From the NCBI GenBank assembly GCA_964016885.1, contig OZ024741.1, positions 5,580,001 through 5,644,000 on the forward strand: a DNA stretch of 64,000 nt, written 5' to 3'. Numbering within the stretch: position 1 is the stretch's first letter; each line of letters opens with the position of its first letter. Below are positions 1 through 14,385 of this stretch, one piece after another. The notes under the pieces were generated by a model that did not search any database, was not told the origin of the DNA, and was given only the letters and a program-made list of their open reading frames with translations. The DNA is from Eledone cirrhosa (lineage: Eukaryota). The position numbers were made by a program, and so were the translations under genes.

Positions 1-70
1 ACGTGAGGAGGCTATTACAGTGGTCCACTTGAGGTGGCTATTGCAGTGGTCCACTTGACGAGGTTATTAC

Positions 71-606
71 GGTGGTCCACTTGAGGTTTTTACAGTGGTC
101 CACTTGAGGTTATTACAGTGGTCCACTTGAGGAGGCTATTACAGTGGTCCACTTGATGTTATTACAGTTGTCCACTTGAGGAAGCTATTACAGTGGTCCA
201 CTTGAGGTTATTACAGTGGTCCACTTGAGGAGGCTATTACAGTGGTCCACTTGAGGTTATTACAGTGGTCCACTTGAGGAGGCTATTACAGTTGTCCACT
301 TGATGTTATTACAGTGGTCCACTTGTGGAGGTTATTACAGTGGTCCACTTGAGGTTTTTACAGTGGTCCACTTGAGGTTATTACAGTGGTCCACTTGAGG
401 AGGCTATTACAGTGGTCCACTTGATGTTATTACAGTTGTCCACTTGAGGAAGCTATTACAGTGGTCCACTTGAGGTTATTACAGTGGTCCACTTGAGGAG
501 GCTATTACAGTGGTCCACTTGAGGTTATTACAGTGGTCCACTTGAGGAGGCTATTACAGTTGTCCACTTGATGTTATTACAGTGGTCCACTTGTGGAGGT
601 TATTAC
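71..606 (+). repeat. 268-bp (11-monomer) local tandem duplication
   Basis: TTGAGGTTTTTAC at 81/349 and GAGGAAGCT at 178/446. 268 = 6x23 + 5x26. Confidence 0.85.
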
Positions 607-3600
607 AGTGGTCCACTTGAGGTTATTACAGTGGTCGACTTGAGCTTATTACAGTGGTCCACTTGAGGGGGCTATTACAGTGGTCCACTTGAGAAGGTTA
701 TTACAGTGGTCCACTTGAGGTTATTACAGTGGTCCACTTGAGGAGTTTATTACAGTGGTCCACTTGAGGGGTTATTACAGTTGTCCACTTGAGAAGGTTA
801 TTACAGTGGTCCACTTGAGGAGGTTATTACAGTGGTCCACTTGATGTTATTACAGTGGTCCACTTGAGGAGGCTATTACAGTGGTCCACTTGAGGAGGTT
901 ATTACAGTGGTCCACTTGAGGAGGCTATTACAGTGGTCTACTTGAGGTTATTACAGTGGTCCACTTGAGGGGGTTATTACAGTGGTCCACTTGAGGTTAT
1001 TACAGTGGTCCACTTGAGGAGGTTATTACAGTGGTCCAATTGAGGAGGTTATTACAGTGGTCCACTTGAGGTTATTACAGTGGACCAATTGTGGAGGTTA
1101 TTACAGTGGTCCGCTTGAGGAGGTTATTACAGTGGTCCACTTGAGGTTATTACAGTGGTCCACTTGAGGAGGTTATTACAGTGCTCCACTTGAGGTTATT
1201 ACAGTGGTCCACTTGAGGAGGTTATTACAGTGGTCCGTTTGAGGAGGTTATTACAGTGGTCCACTTGAGGTTATTACAGTGGTCCACTTGAGGAGGTTAT
1301 TACAGTGGTCCACTTGAGGAGGTTATTAGAGTGGTCCACTTGAGGAGGTTATTACAGAGGTCCAATTGAGGAGGTTATTACAGTGGTCCACTTGAGGAGG
1401 TTATTACAGTGGTCCAGTTGAGGTTATTACAGTGGTACACTAGAGGAGGTTATTACAGTGGTCCACTTGAGGTTATTACAGTGGTCCACTTGAGGAGGTT
1501 ATTACAGTGGTCCACTTGAGGTTATTACAGTGGTCCACTTGAGGAGGCTATTACAGTGGTCCACTTGAGGTTATTACAGTGGTCCACTTGAGGAGGTTAT
1601 TACAGTGGTCCACTTGAGGTTATTACAGTGGTCCACTTGAGGAGGTTATTACAGTGGTCCAATTGAGGAGGTTATTACAGTGGTCCACTTGATGTTATTA
1701 CAGTGGGCCACTAGAGGAGGTTATTACAGTGGTCCACTTGAGGTTATTACAGTGGTCCACTTGAGGAGGCTATTACAGTGGTCCACTTGAGGAGGTTATT
1801 ACAGTGGTCCACTTGAGGAGGTTATTACAGTAGTCCACTTGAGGTGGTTATTACAGTGGTCCACTTGAGGTGGTTATTACAGTGGTCCACTTGAGGAGGC
1901 TATTACAGTGGTCCACTTGAGGAGGTTATTACAGTGGTCCACTTGAGGTTATTACAGTGGTCCACTTGAGGTTATTATAGTGGTTCACTTGAGGAGGCTA
2001 TTACAGTGGTCCACTTGAGGTTATTACAGTGGTCCACTTGAGCAGGTTATTACAGTGGTCCACTTGAGAAGGCTATTACAGTGGTCCACTTGAGAAGGTT
2101 ATTACAGTGGTCCACTTGAGGTTATTACAGTGGACCATTTGAGGAGGTTATTACAGTGCTCCACTTGAGGAGGTTATTACAGTGGTCCACTTGAGGAGGT
2201 TATTACAGTGGTCCACTTGAGGAGGTTATTACAGTGGTCCACTTGAGGAGGTTATTACAGTGGTCCACTTGAGGTGGCTATTACAGTGGTTCACTTGAGG
2301 TTATTACATTGGTCCAATTGAGGAGGTTATTACAGTGGTCCACTTGAGGTTATTACAATGGTCCAATTGAGGAGGTTATTACAGTGGTCCACTTGAGGAG
2401 GCTATTACAATGGTCCACTTGAGGTTATTACAGTGGTCCACTTGAGGAGGTTAATACAGTGGTCCACTTGAGTTTATTACAGTGGTCCACTTGAGGAGGC
2501 TATTACAGTGGTCCACTTGAATAGGTTATTACAGTGGTCCACTTGAGGTTATTACAGTGGTCCACTTGTGGAGGCTATTACAGTGGTCCACTTGAGGTTA
2601 TTACAGTGGTCCACTTGAGGAGGTTATTACAGTGGTCCACTTGAGGTTATTACAGTGGTCCACTTGAGGAGGCTATTACAGTGGTCCATTTGAGGTTATT
2701 ACAGTGGTCCACTTGAGGAGGTTATTACAGTGGTCCCCTTGAGGTTATTACAGTGGTCCACTTGAGGTTATTACAGTTGTCCACTTGATGTTATTACAGT
2801 GGTCCACTTGAGGAGGCTATTACAGTGGTCCACTTGAGGTTATTACAGTGATCCACTTGAGGAGGTTATTACAGTGGTCCACTTGAGGTTATTACAGTGA
2901 TCCACTTGAGGTTATTACAGTGGTCCACTTGAGGAGGCTATTACAGTGGTCCACTTGAGGTTATTACAGTTGTCCACTTGAGGAAGCTATTACAGTGGTC
3001 CACTTGAGGTTATTACAGTGGTCCACTTGAGGAGGCTATTACAGTGGTCCACTTGATGTTATTACAGTGGTCCACTTGTGGAGGTTATTACAGTGGTCCA
3101 CTTGAGGGGGCTATTACAGTGGTCCACTTGAGAAGGTTATTACAGTGGTCCACTTGAGGTTATTACAGTGGTCCACTTGAGGAGTTTATTACAGTGGTCC
3201 ACTTGAGGGGTTATTACAGTGGTCCACTTGAGAAGGTTATTACAGTGGTCCACTTGAGGAGGTTATTACAGTGGTCCACTTGATGTTATTACAGTGGTCC
3301 ACTTGAGGAGGCTATTACATTGGTCCACTTGAGGAGGTTATTACAGTGGTCCACTTGAGGAGGCTATTACAGTGGTCTACTTGAGGTTATTACAGTGGTC
3401 CACTTGAGGGGGTTATTACAGTGGTTCCACTTGAGGTTATTACAGTGGTCCACTTGAGGAGGTTATTACAGTGGTCCAATTGAGGAGGTTATTACAGTGG
3501 TCCACTTGAGGTTATTACAGTGGACCAATTGAGGAGGTTATTACAGTGGTCCGCTTGAGGAGGTTATTACAGTGGTCCACTTGAGGTTATTACAGTGGTC

Positions 3601-5050
3601 CACTTGAGGAGGTTATTACAGTGGTCCACTTGAGGTTATTACAGTGGTCCACTTGAGGAGGTTATTACAGTGGTCCGTTTGAGGAGGTTATTACAGTGGT
3701 CCACTTGAGGTTATTACAGTGGTCCACTTGAGGAGGTTATTAAAGTGGTCCAATTGAGGAGGTTATTACAGTGGTCCACTTGAGGAGGTTATTACAGTGG
3801 TCCACTTGAGGAGGTTATTACAGTGGTCCAATTGAGGAGGTTATTACAGTGGTCCACTTGAGGAGGTTATTACAATGGTCCAGTTGAGGTTATTACAGTG
3901 GTACAATAGAGGAGGTTTTTACAGTGGTCCACTTGAGGTTATTACAGTGGTCCACTTGAGGAGGTTATTACAGTGGTCCACTTGAGGTTATTACAGTGGT
4001 CCACTTGAGGAGGCTATTACAGTGGTCCACTTGAGGTTATTACAGTGGTCCACTTGAGGAGGTTATTACAGTGGTCCACTTGAGGTTATTACAGTGGTCC
4101 ACTTGAGGAGGTTATTACAGTGGTCCAATTGAGGAGGTTATTACAGTGGTCCACTTGAGGTTATTACAGTAGGCCACTAGAGGAGGTTATTACAGTGGTC
4201 CACTTGAGGTTATTACAGTGGTCCACTTGAGGAGGCTATTACAGTGGTCCACTTGAGGAGGTTATTACAGTGGTCCACTTGAGGAGGTTATTACAGTAGT
4301 CCACTTGAGGTGGTTATTACAGTGGTCCACTTGAGGTGGTTATTACAGTGGTCCACTTGAGGAGGCTATTACAGTGGTCCACTTGAGGAGGTTATTACAG
4401 TGGTCCACTTGAGGTTATTACAGTGGTCCACTTGAGGTTATTATAGTGGTCCACTTGAGGAGGCTATTACAGTGGTCCACTTGAGGTTATTACAGTGGTC
4501 CACTTGAGGAGGCTATTAAAGTGGTCCACTTGAGGTTATTACAGTGATCCACTTGAGGAGGCTATTACAGTGGTCCACTTGAGGTTATTTCAGTGATCCA
4601 CTTGAGGAGGTTATTACAGTGGTCCACTTGAGGTTATTACAGTGGTCCACTTGAGGTTATTACAGTGGTCCACTTGAGGGGGCTATTACAGTGGTCCACT
4701 TGAGAAGGTTATTACAGTGGTCAAGTTGAGGTTATTACAGTGGTCCCCTTGAGGAGGCTATTACAGTGGTCCACTTGAGAATGCTATTACAGTGGTCCAC
4801 TTGAGGTTATTACAGTGGTCCACTTGAGAATGCTATTACATTGTCCACTTGAGAAGGTTATTACAGTGGTCCACTTGAGGTTATTACAGTGGACCATTTG
4901 AGGAGGTTATTACAGTGCTCCACTTGAGGAGGTTATTACAGTGATCCACTTGAGGAGGCTATTACAGTGGTCCACTTGAGGAGGTTATTACAGTGGTCCA
5001 CTTGAGGAGGTTATTACAGTGGTCCACTTGAGGTGGCTATTACAGTGGTT

Positions 5051-8000
5051 CACTTGAGGTTATTACAGTGGTCCAATTGAGGAGGTTATTACAGTGGTCC
5101 ACTTGAGGTTATTACAGTGGTCCAATTGAGGAGGTTATTACAGTGGTCCACTTGAGGAGGCTATTACAGTGGTCCACTTGAGGTTATTACAGTGGTCCAC
5201 TTGAGGAGGTTAATACAGTGGTCCACTTGAGGTTATTACAGTGGTCCACTTGAGGAGGCTATAACAGTGGTCCACTTGAGGAGGTTATTACAGTGGTCCA
5301 CTTGAGGTTATTACAGTGGTCCACTTGTGGAGGCAATTACAGTGGTCCACTTGAGGTTATTACAGTGGTCCACTTGAGGAGGTTATTACAGTGGTCCACT
5401 TGAGGTTATTACAGTGGTCCAATTGAGGAGGCTATTACAGTGGTCCACTTGAGGTTATTACAGTGGTCCACTTGAGGAGGTTATTACAGTGGTCCACTTG
5501 AGGTTATTATAGTAGTCCACTTGAGGAGGCTATTACAGTGGTCCACTTGAGAAGGTTATTACAGTGGTCCACTTGAGGTTATTACAGTGGACCATTTGAG
5601 GAGGTTATTACAGTGGTCCAATTGAGGAGGTTATTACAGTGGTCCACTTGAGGTTATTACAGTGGTCCAATTGAGGAGGTTATTACAGTGGTCCACTTGA
5701 GGTTATTACAGTGTTCCACTTGAGGTGGTTACTACAGTGGTCCATTTGAGGAGGTTATTACAGTGGTCCACTTGAGGTTATTACAGTGGTCCACTTGAGG
5801 AGGCTATTACAGTGGTCCACTTAAGGTTATTAAAGTGGTCCACTTGAGGAGGTTATTACAGTGGCCCACTTGAGGAGGTTATTACAGTGGTCCACTTGAG
5901 GCTATTACAGTGGTCCACTTGAGGAGGCCATTACAGTGGTCCACTTGAGGTTATTACAGTGGTCCACTTGAGGAGGTTATTATAGTGGTCCACTTGAGGT
6001 TATTACAGTGGTCCACTTGAGGAGGTTATTACAGTGGTCCAATTGAGAAGGGTATTACAGTGGTCCACTTGAGGAGGCTATTACAGTGGTCCACTTGAGA
6101 AGGTTATTACAGTGGCCCACTTGAGGTTATTACAGTGGTCCACTTGAGGATGTTTTTAGAGTTGTCCACTTGAGGAGGTTATTACAGTGGTCCAATTGAG
6201 AAGGTTATTACAGTGGTCCACTTTAGGTCATTCCAGTGGTCCACTTGAGGTGGTTATTACAGCGGTCCACTTGAGATTATTAAAGTAGTCCAATTGAGGT
6301 TATTACAGTGGTCCACTTGAGGTTATTACAGTGGTCCACTTGAGGTTATTACAGTGGTCCACTTGTAGAGGTTATTACAGTGGTGCACTTCAGGTTATTA
6401 CAGTGGTCCACATGAGGATTTTATTACAGTGGTCCACTTGAGGTGGCTATTACAGTGGTCCACTTGAGGAGGTTATTACAGTGGTCCACTTGAGGTTATT
6501 ACAGTGGTCCACTTGAGGTTATTACAGTGGTCCACTTGAGAAGGTTATTACAGTGGTCCACTTGAGGAGGTTATTACAGTGGTCCACTTGGGGAGGTTAT
6601 TACAGTGGTCCACTTGAGGAGGCTATTACAGTGGTCCACTTGAGGTTATTACAGTGGTCCACTTGAGGAGGTTATTACAGTGGTCCACTTGAGGAGGTTA
6701 TTACAGTGGTCCACTTGAGGAGGTTATTACAGTGGTCCACTTGAGGAGGCTATTACAGTGGTCCACTTGAGGTTATTACAGTGGTCCACTTGAGGAGGTT
6801 ATTACAGTGGTCCACTTGAGGAGGTTATTACAGTGGTCCACTTGAGGTTAATACAGTGGTCCACTTGAGGAGGTTATTACAGTGGTCCACTTGAGGATAT
6901 TACAGTGGTCCATTTGAGGAGGTTATTACAGTGGTCCACTTGAGGAGGTTATTACAGTGGTCCACTTGAGGTTATTACAGTGGTCCACTTGTAGAGGTTA
7001 TTACAGTGGTGCACTTCAGGTTATTACAGTGGTCCACATGAGGATTTTATTACAGTGGTCCACTTGAGGTAGCTATTACAGTGGTCCACTTGAGGTGGTT
7101 ATTACAGTGGTCCACTTTAGGTTATTACAGTGGTCCACCTGAGGTTATTACAGTGGTCCACTTGAGGAGGTTATTACAGTGGTCCACTTCAGGTTATTAC
7201 AGTGGTGCACTTGAGGAGCCTATTACAGTGGTCCACTTGAGGTTATTAAAGTGGTCCACTTGAGGAGGTTATTACAGTGGTCCACTTGAGGTTATTACAG
7301 TGGTCCACGTGAGGAGGCTATTACAGTGGTCCACTTGAGGTGGCTATTACAGTGGAACACTTGAGGAGGCTATTACAGTGGTCCACTTGAGGTTATTACA
7401 GTGGTCCACTTGAGGAGGCTATTAAAGAGGTCCACTTGAGGTTATTACAGTGGTCTTCTTGATGTTATTACAGTGGTCCACTTGAAGTTATTACAGTGGT
7501 CCACTTGAGGAGGCTATTACAGAGGTCCACTTGAGATTATTACGGTGGTCCACTTGAGGAGGTTATTACAGTGGTCCATTTAAGGAGGTTATTACAGTGG
7601 TCCACTTGAGGAGACTATTACAGTGGTCCACTTGAGGAGGTTATTACAGTGGTCCACTTGAGGAGGTTATTACAGTGGTCCACTTGAGGTTATTACAGTG
7701 GTCCAATTGAGAAGGTTATTACAGTGGTCCACTTGAGGAGGCTATTACAGTGGTCCACTTGAGGAGGTTATTACAGTGGTCCATTTGAGCTCATTACAGT
7801 GGTCCACTTGAGGAGGTTATTACAGTGGTCCACTTGAGGAGGTTATTACAGTGGTCCACTTGAGTTTATTACAGTGGTCCACTTGAGGAGGCTATTACAG
7901 TGGTCCACTTGAGTTTATTACAGTGGTCCACTTGAGGAGGCTATTACAGTGGTCCATTTGAGGTTATTACAGTGGTCCACTTGAGGAGGTTATTACACTG

Positions 8001-11000
8001 GTCCACTTGAGGTTATTACAGTGGTCCACTTGAGGTTATTACAGTGGTCCACTTGAGGAGGCTATTACAGTGGTCCACTTGAGGTTATTACAGTGAGCCA
8101 CTTGGGGAGGTTATTACAGTGGTCCACTTGAGGTTATTACAGTGGTCCACTTGAGGTTATTACAGTGGTCCACTTGAGGAGGCTATTACAGTGGTCCACT
8201 TTAGGTTATTACAGTTGTCCACTTGAGGAAGCTATTACAGTGGTCCACTTGAGGAGGCTATTACAGTGGTCCACTTGAGGTTATTACAGTGGTCCACTTG
8301 AGGTTATTACAGTGGTCCACTTGAGGAGGCTATTACAGTGGTCCACTTGATGTTATTACAGTGGTCCACTTGTGGAGGTTATTACAGTGGTCCACTTGAG
8401 GTTATTACAGTGGTCGACTTGAGGTTATTACAGTGGTCCACTTGAGGGGGCTATTACAGTGGTCCACTCGAGAAGGTTGTTACAGAGGTCCACTTGAGGT
8501 TATTACAGTGGTCCACTTGAGGAGTTTATTACAGTGGTCCACTTGAGGAGTTATTACAGTGGTCCACTTGAGAAGGTTATTACAGTGGTCCACTTGAGGA
8601 GGTTATTACAGTGGTCCACTTGATGTTATTACAGTGGTCCACTTGAGGAGGCTATTACAGTGGTCCACTTGAGGAGGTTATTACAGTGGTCCACTTGAGG
8701 AGGCTATTACAGTGGTCTACTTGAGGTTATTACAGTGGTCCACTTGAGGGGGTTATTACAGTGGTCCACTTGAGGTTATTACAGTGGTCCACTTGAGGAG
8801 GTTATTACAGTGGTCCAATTGAGGAGGTTATTACAGTGGTCCACTTGAGGTTATTACAGTGGACCAATTGAGGAGGTTATTACAGTGGTCCGCTTAAGGA
8901 GATTATTACAGTGGTCCACTTGAGGTTATTACAGTGGTCCACTTGAGGAGGTTATTACAGTGGTCCACTTGATGTTATTACAGTGGTCCACTTGAGGAGG
9001 TTATTACAGTGGTCCGTTTGAGGAGGTTATTACAGTGGTCCACTTGAGGTTATTACAGTGGTCCACTTGAGGAGGTTATTACAGTGGTCCAATTGAGGAG
9101 GTTATTACAGTGGTCCACTTGAGGAGGTTATTACAGTAGTCCACTTGAGGAGGTTATTACAGTGGTCCAGTTGAGGTTATTACAGTGGTACACTAGAGGT
9201 GGTTATTACAGTGGTCCACTTGAGGTTATTACAGTGGTCCACTTGAGGAGGTTATTACAGTGGTCCACTTGAGGTTATTACAGTGGTCCACTTGAGGAGG
9301 CTATTACAGTGGTCCACTTGAGGTTATTACAGTGGTCCTCTTGAGGAGGTTATTACAGTGGTCCACTTGAGGTTATTACAGTGGTCCACTTGAGGAGGTT
9401 ATTACAGTGGTCCACTTGAGGTTATTACAGTGGTCCACTTGAGGTTATTACAGTGGGCCACTAGAGGAGGTTATTACAGTGGTCCACTTGAGGTTATTAC
9501 AGTGGTCCACTTGAGGAGGCTATTACAGTGGTCCACTTGAGGAGGTTATTACAGTGGTCCACTTGAGGAGGTTATTACAGTGGTCCAATTGAGAAGGTTA
9601 TTACAGTGGTCCACTTGAGGTGGTTATTACAGTGGTCCACTTGAGGAGGCTATTACAGTGGTCCACTTGAGGAGGTTATTACAGTGGTCCACTTGAGGTT
9701 ATTACAGTGGTCCACTTGAGGTTATTATAGTGGTCCACTTGAGGAGGCTATTACAGTGGTCCACTTGAGGTTATTACAGTGGTCCACTTGAAGAGGCTAT
9801 TAAAGTGGTCCACTTGAGGTTATTACAGTGATCCACTTGAGGAGGCTATTACAGTGGTCCACTTGAGGTTATTTCAGTGATCCACTTGAGGAGGTTATTA
9901 CAGTGGTCCACTTGAGGTTATTACAGTGGTCCACTTGAGGTTATTACAGTGGTCCACTTGAGGGGACTATTACAGTGGTCCACTTGAGAAGTTTATTACA
10001 GTGGTCCACTTGAGAAGGTTATTACAGTGGTCCCCTTGAGGTTATTACAGTGGTCCACTTGAGGTTATTACATTGGTCCACTTGAGGAGGTTATTACAGT
10101 GGTCCACTTGAGAAGGCTATTACAGTGGTCCACTTGAGAAGGTTATTACAGTGGTCCCTTTGAGGTTATTACAATGGTCCACTTGAGGTTATTACAGTGG
10201 TCCACTTGAGGAGGTTATTACAGTGGTCCACTTGAGGTTATTACAGTGTTCCACTTGAGGTGGTTACTACAGTGGTCCACTTGAGGAGGTTATTACAGTG
10301 GTCCACTTGAGGTTATTACAGTGGTCCACTTGAGGAGGCTATTACAGTGGTCCACTTAAGGTTATTACAGTGGTCCACTTGAGGAGGATATTACAATGGC
10401 CCACTTGAGGAGGTTATTACAGTGGTCCACTTGAGGCTATTACAGTGGTCCACTTGAGGAGGCCATTACAGTGGTCCACTTAAGGTTATTACAGTGGTCC
10501 ACTTGAGGAGGCTATTACAGCGGTCCACTTGAGGTTATTACAGTGGTCCACTTGAGGAGGTTATTACAGTGGTCCACTTGAGGTTATTACAGTGGTCCAC
10601 TTGAGGAGGCTATTACAGTGGTCCACTTGAGAAGGTTATTACAGTGGCCCACTTGAGGTTATTACAGTGGTCCACTTGAGGTTACTACAGTGGTCCACTT
10701 GAGGAGGTTATTACAGTGGTCCACTTGAGGTTATTACAGTGGTCCACTTGAGGAGGTTATTACAGTGGTCCACTTGAGGTTATTACAGTGGTCCACTTGA
10801 GGAGGCTATTACAGCGGTCCACTTGAGGTTATTACAGTGGTCCACTTGAGGAGGTTATTACAGTGGTCCACTTGAGGTTATTACAGTGGTCCACTTGAGG
10901 AGGCTATTACAGTGGTCCACTTGAGAAGGTTATTACAGTGGCCCACTTGAGGTTATTACAGTGGTCCACTTGAGGTTATTACAGTGGTCCACTTGAGGAG

Positions 11001-14000
11001 GTTATTACAGTGGTCCACTTGAGGTTATTACAGTGGTCCACTTGAGGAGGCTATTACAGTGGTCCACTTGAGGTTATTACAGTGGTCCACTTGAGGAGGT
11101 TATTACAGTGGTCCACTTGGGGAGGTTATTACAGTGGTCCACTTGAGGAGGCTATTACAGTGGTCCACTTGAGGTTATTACAGTGGTCCACTTGAGGAGG
11201 TTATTACAGTGGTCCACTTGAGGAGGCTATTACAGTGGTCCACTTGAGGTTATTACAGTGGTCCACTTGAGGAGGTTATTACAGTGGTCCACTTGGGGAG
11301 GTTATTACAGTGGTCCACTTGAGGAGGCTATTACAGTGGTCCACTTGAGGTTATTACATTGGTCCACTTGAGGAGGGTATTACAGTGGTCCACTTGGGGA
11401 GGTTATTACAGTGGTCAACTTGAGGAGGCTATTACAGTGGTCCACTTGAGGTTATTACAGTGGTCCACTTGAGGAGGTTATTACAGTGGTCCACTTGAGG
11501 TTAATACAGTGGTCCACTTGAGGAGGTTATTACAGTGGTCCACTTGAGGTTATTACAGTTGTCCATTTGAGGAGGTTATTACAGTGGTCCACTTGAGGAG
11601 GTTATTACAGTGGTCCACTTCAGGTTATCACAGTGGTCCACTTGTAGAGGTTATTACAGTGGTGCACTTCAGGTTATTACAGTGGTCCACATGAGGATTT
11701 TATTACAGTGGTCCACTTGAGGTAGCTATTACAGTGGTCCACTTGAGGAGGTTATTACAGTGGTCCACTTTAGGTTATTACAGTGGTCCACCTGAGGTTA
11801 TTACAGTGGTCCACTTGAGGAGGTTATTACAGTGGTCCACTTCAGGTTATTACAGTGGTGCACTTGAGGAGCCTATTACAGTGGTCCACTTGAGGTTATT
11901 AAAGTGGTCCACTTGAGGAGGTTATTACAGTGGTACATTTTAGGTGGCTATTACAGTGGTCCACTTGAGGAGGTTATTACAGTGGTCCACTTGAGGAGGT
12001 TATTACAGTGGTCCACTTGAGGTTATTACAGTGGTCCACGTGAGGACGCTATTACAGTGGGTGGTCCACTTGAGGTGGCTATTACAGTGGTCCACTTGAG
12101 GTTATTACAGTGGTCCAATTGAGAAGGTTATTACAGTGGTCCACTTGAGGAGGCTATTACAGTGGTCCACTTGAGGAGGTTATTACAGTGGTCCATTTGA
12201 GCTCATTACAGTGGTCCACTTGAGGAGGTTATTACAGTGGTCCACTTGAGGAGGTTATTACAGTGGTCCACTTGAAGTTATTACAGTGGTCCACGTGAGG
12301 AGGCTATTACAGTGGTCCACTTGAGGTGGCTATTACAGTGGTCCACTTGACGAGGTTATTACAGTAGTCCACTTGAGGAGGCTATTACAGTGGTCCACTT
12401 GAGGAGGCTATTACAGTGGTCCACTTGAGGTTATTACAGTGGTCCACTTGAGGAGGTTATTACAGTGGTCCACTTGAGGTTATTACAGTGTTCCACTTGA
12501 GGTGGTTACTACAGTGGTCCACTTGAGGAGGTTATTACAGTGGTCCACTTGAGGAGGCTATTACAGTGGTCCACTTGAGGTTATTTCAGTGATCCACTTG
12601 AGGAGGTTATTACAGTGGTCCACTTGAGGTTATTACAGTGGTCCACTTGAGGGGGTTATTACAGTGGTCCACTTGAGAAGGTTATTACAGTGGTCAAGTT
12701 GAGGTTATTACAGTGATCCCCTTGAGGAGGCTATTACAGTGGTCCACTTGAGGAGGTTATTACAGTGGTCCACTTGAGAAGGCTATTACAGTGGTCCACT
12801 TGAGAAGGTTATTACAGTGGTCCACTTGAGGTTATTACAGTGGACCATTTGAGGAGGTTATTACAGTGGTCCAATTGAGGAGGTTATTACAGTGGTCCAC
12901 TTGAGGAGGTTATTACAGTGGTCCACTTGAGGTTATTACAGTGTTCCACTTGAGGTGGTTACTACAGTGGTCCACTTGAGGAGGTTATTACAGTGGTCCA
13001 CTTGAGGTTATTACAGTGGTCCACTTGAGGAGGCTATTACAGTGGTCCACTTAAGGTTATTAAAGTGGTCCACTTGAGGAGGTTATTACAGTGGCCCACT
13101 TGAGGAGGTTATTACAGTGGTCCACTTGAGGCTATTACAGTGGTCCACTTGAGGAGGCCATTACAGTGGTCCACTTGAGGTTATTACAGTGGTTCACTTG
13201 AGGAGGCTATTACAGCGGTCCACTTGAGGTTATTACAGTGGTCCACTTGAGGAGGTTATTACAGTGGTCCACTTGAGGTTATTACAGTGGTCCACTTGAG
13301 GAGGTTATTACAGTGGTCCAATTGAGAAGGGTATTACAGTGGTCCACTTGAGGAGGCTATTACAGTGGTCCACTTGAGAAGGTTATTACAGTGGCCCACT
13401 TGAGGTTATTACAGTGGTCCACTTGAGGATGTTTTTAGAGTTGTCCACTTGAGGAGGTTATTACAGTGGTCCAATTGAGAAGGTTATTACAGTGGTCCAC
13501 TTGAGGTCATTACAGTGGTCCACTTGAGGTGGTTATTACAGCGGTCCACTTGAGGTTATTAAAGTAGTCCAATTGAGGTTATTACAGTGGTCCACTTGAG
13601 GTTATTACAGTGGTCCACTTGAGGTTATTACAGTGGTCCACATGTAGAGGTTATTACAGTGGTGCACTTCAGGTTATTACAGTGGTCCACATGAGGATTT
13701 TATTACAGTGGTCCACTTGAGGAGGTTATTACAGTGGTCCAGTTGAGGTTATTACAGTGGTACACTAGAGGAGGTTATTACAGTGGTCCACTTGAGGTTA
13801 TTACAGTGGTCCACTTGAGGAGGTTATTACAGTGGTCCACTTGAGGTTATTACAGTGGTCCACTTGAGGAGGCTATTACAGTGGACAACTTGAGGTTATT
13901 ACAGTGGTCCACTTGAGGAGGTTATTACAGTGGTCCACTTGAGGTTATTACAGTGGTCCACTTGAGGAGGTTATTACAGTGGTCCAATTGAGGAGGTTAT

Positions 14001-14385
14001 TACAGTGGTCCACTTGAGGTTATTACAGTGGGCCACTAGAGGAGGTTATTACAGTGGTCCACTTGAGGTTATTACAGTGGTCCACTTGAGGAGGCTATTA
14101 CAGTGGTCCACTTGAGGAGGTTATTACAGTGGTCCACTTGAGGAGGTTATTACAGTAGTCCACTTGAGGTGGTTATTACAGTGGTCCACTTGAGGTGGTT
14201 ATTACAGTGGTCCACTTGAGGAGGCTATTACAGTGGTCCACTTGAGGAGGTTATTACAGTGGTCCACTTGAGGTTATTACAGTGGTCCACTTGAGGTTAT
14301 TATAGTGGTTCACTTGAGGAGGCTATTACAGTGGTCCACTTGAGGTTATTAGAGTGGTCCACTTGAGGAGGCTATTAAAGTGGTC
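5051..14385 (+). repeat. 9,335-bp tandem duplication, first unit
   Basis: ORFs 7081/16416 and 11734/21069, CTCGAG 8467/17802 and the GTGG insertion 12057/21392 are all exactly 9,335 bp apart. Confidence 0.92.
10490..11060 (+). repeat. 294-bp (12-monomer) local tandem duplication, repeated in the HOR paralogs at ~19825 and ~48325
   Basis: CAGCGGTCC at 10518/10812, each followed by the same GAGAAGG and GTGGCCCAC variants. 294 = 6x49. Confidence 0.75.
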
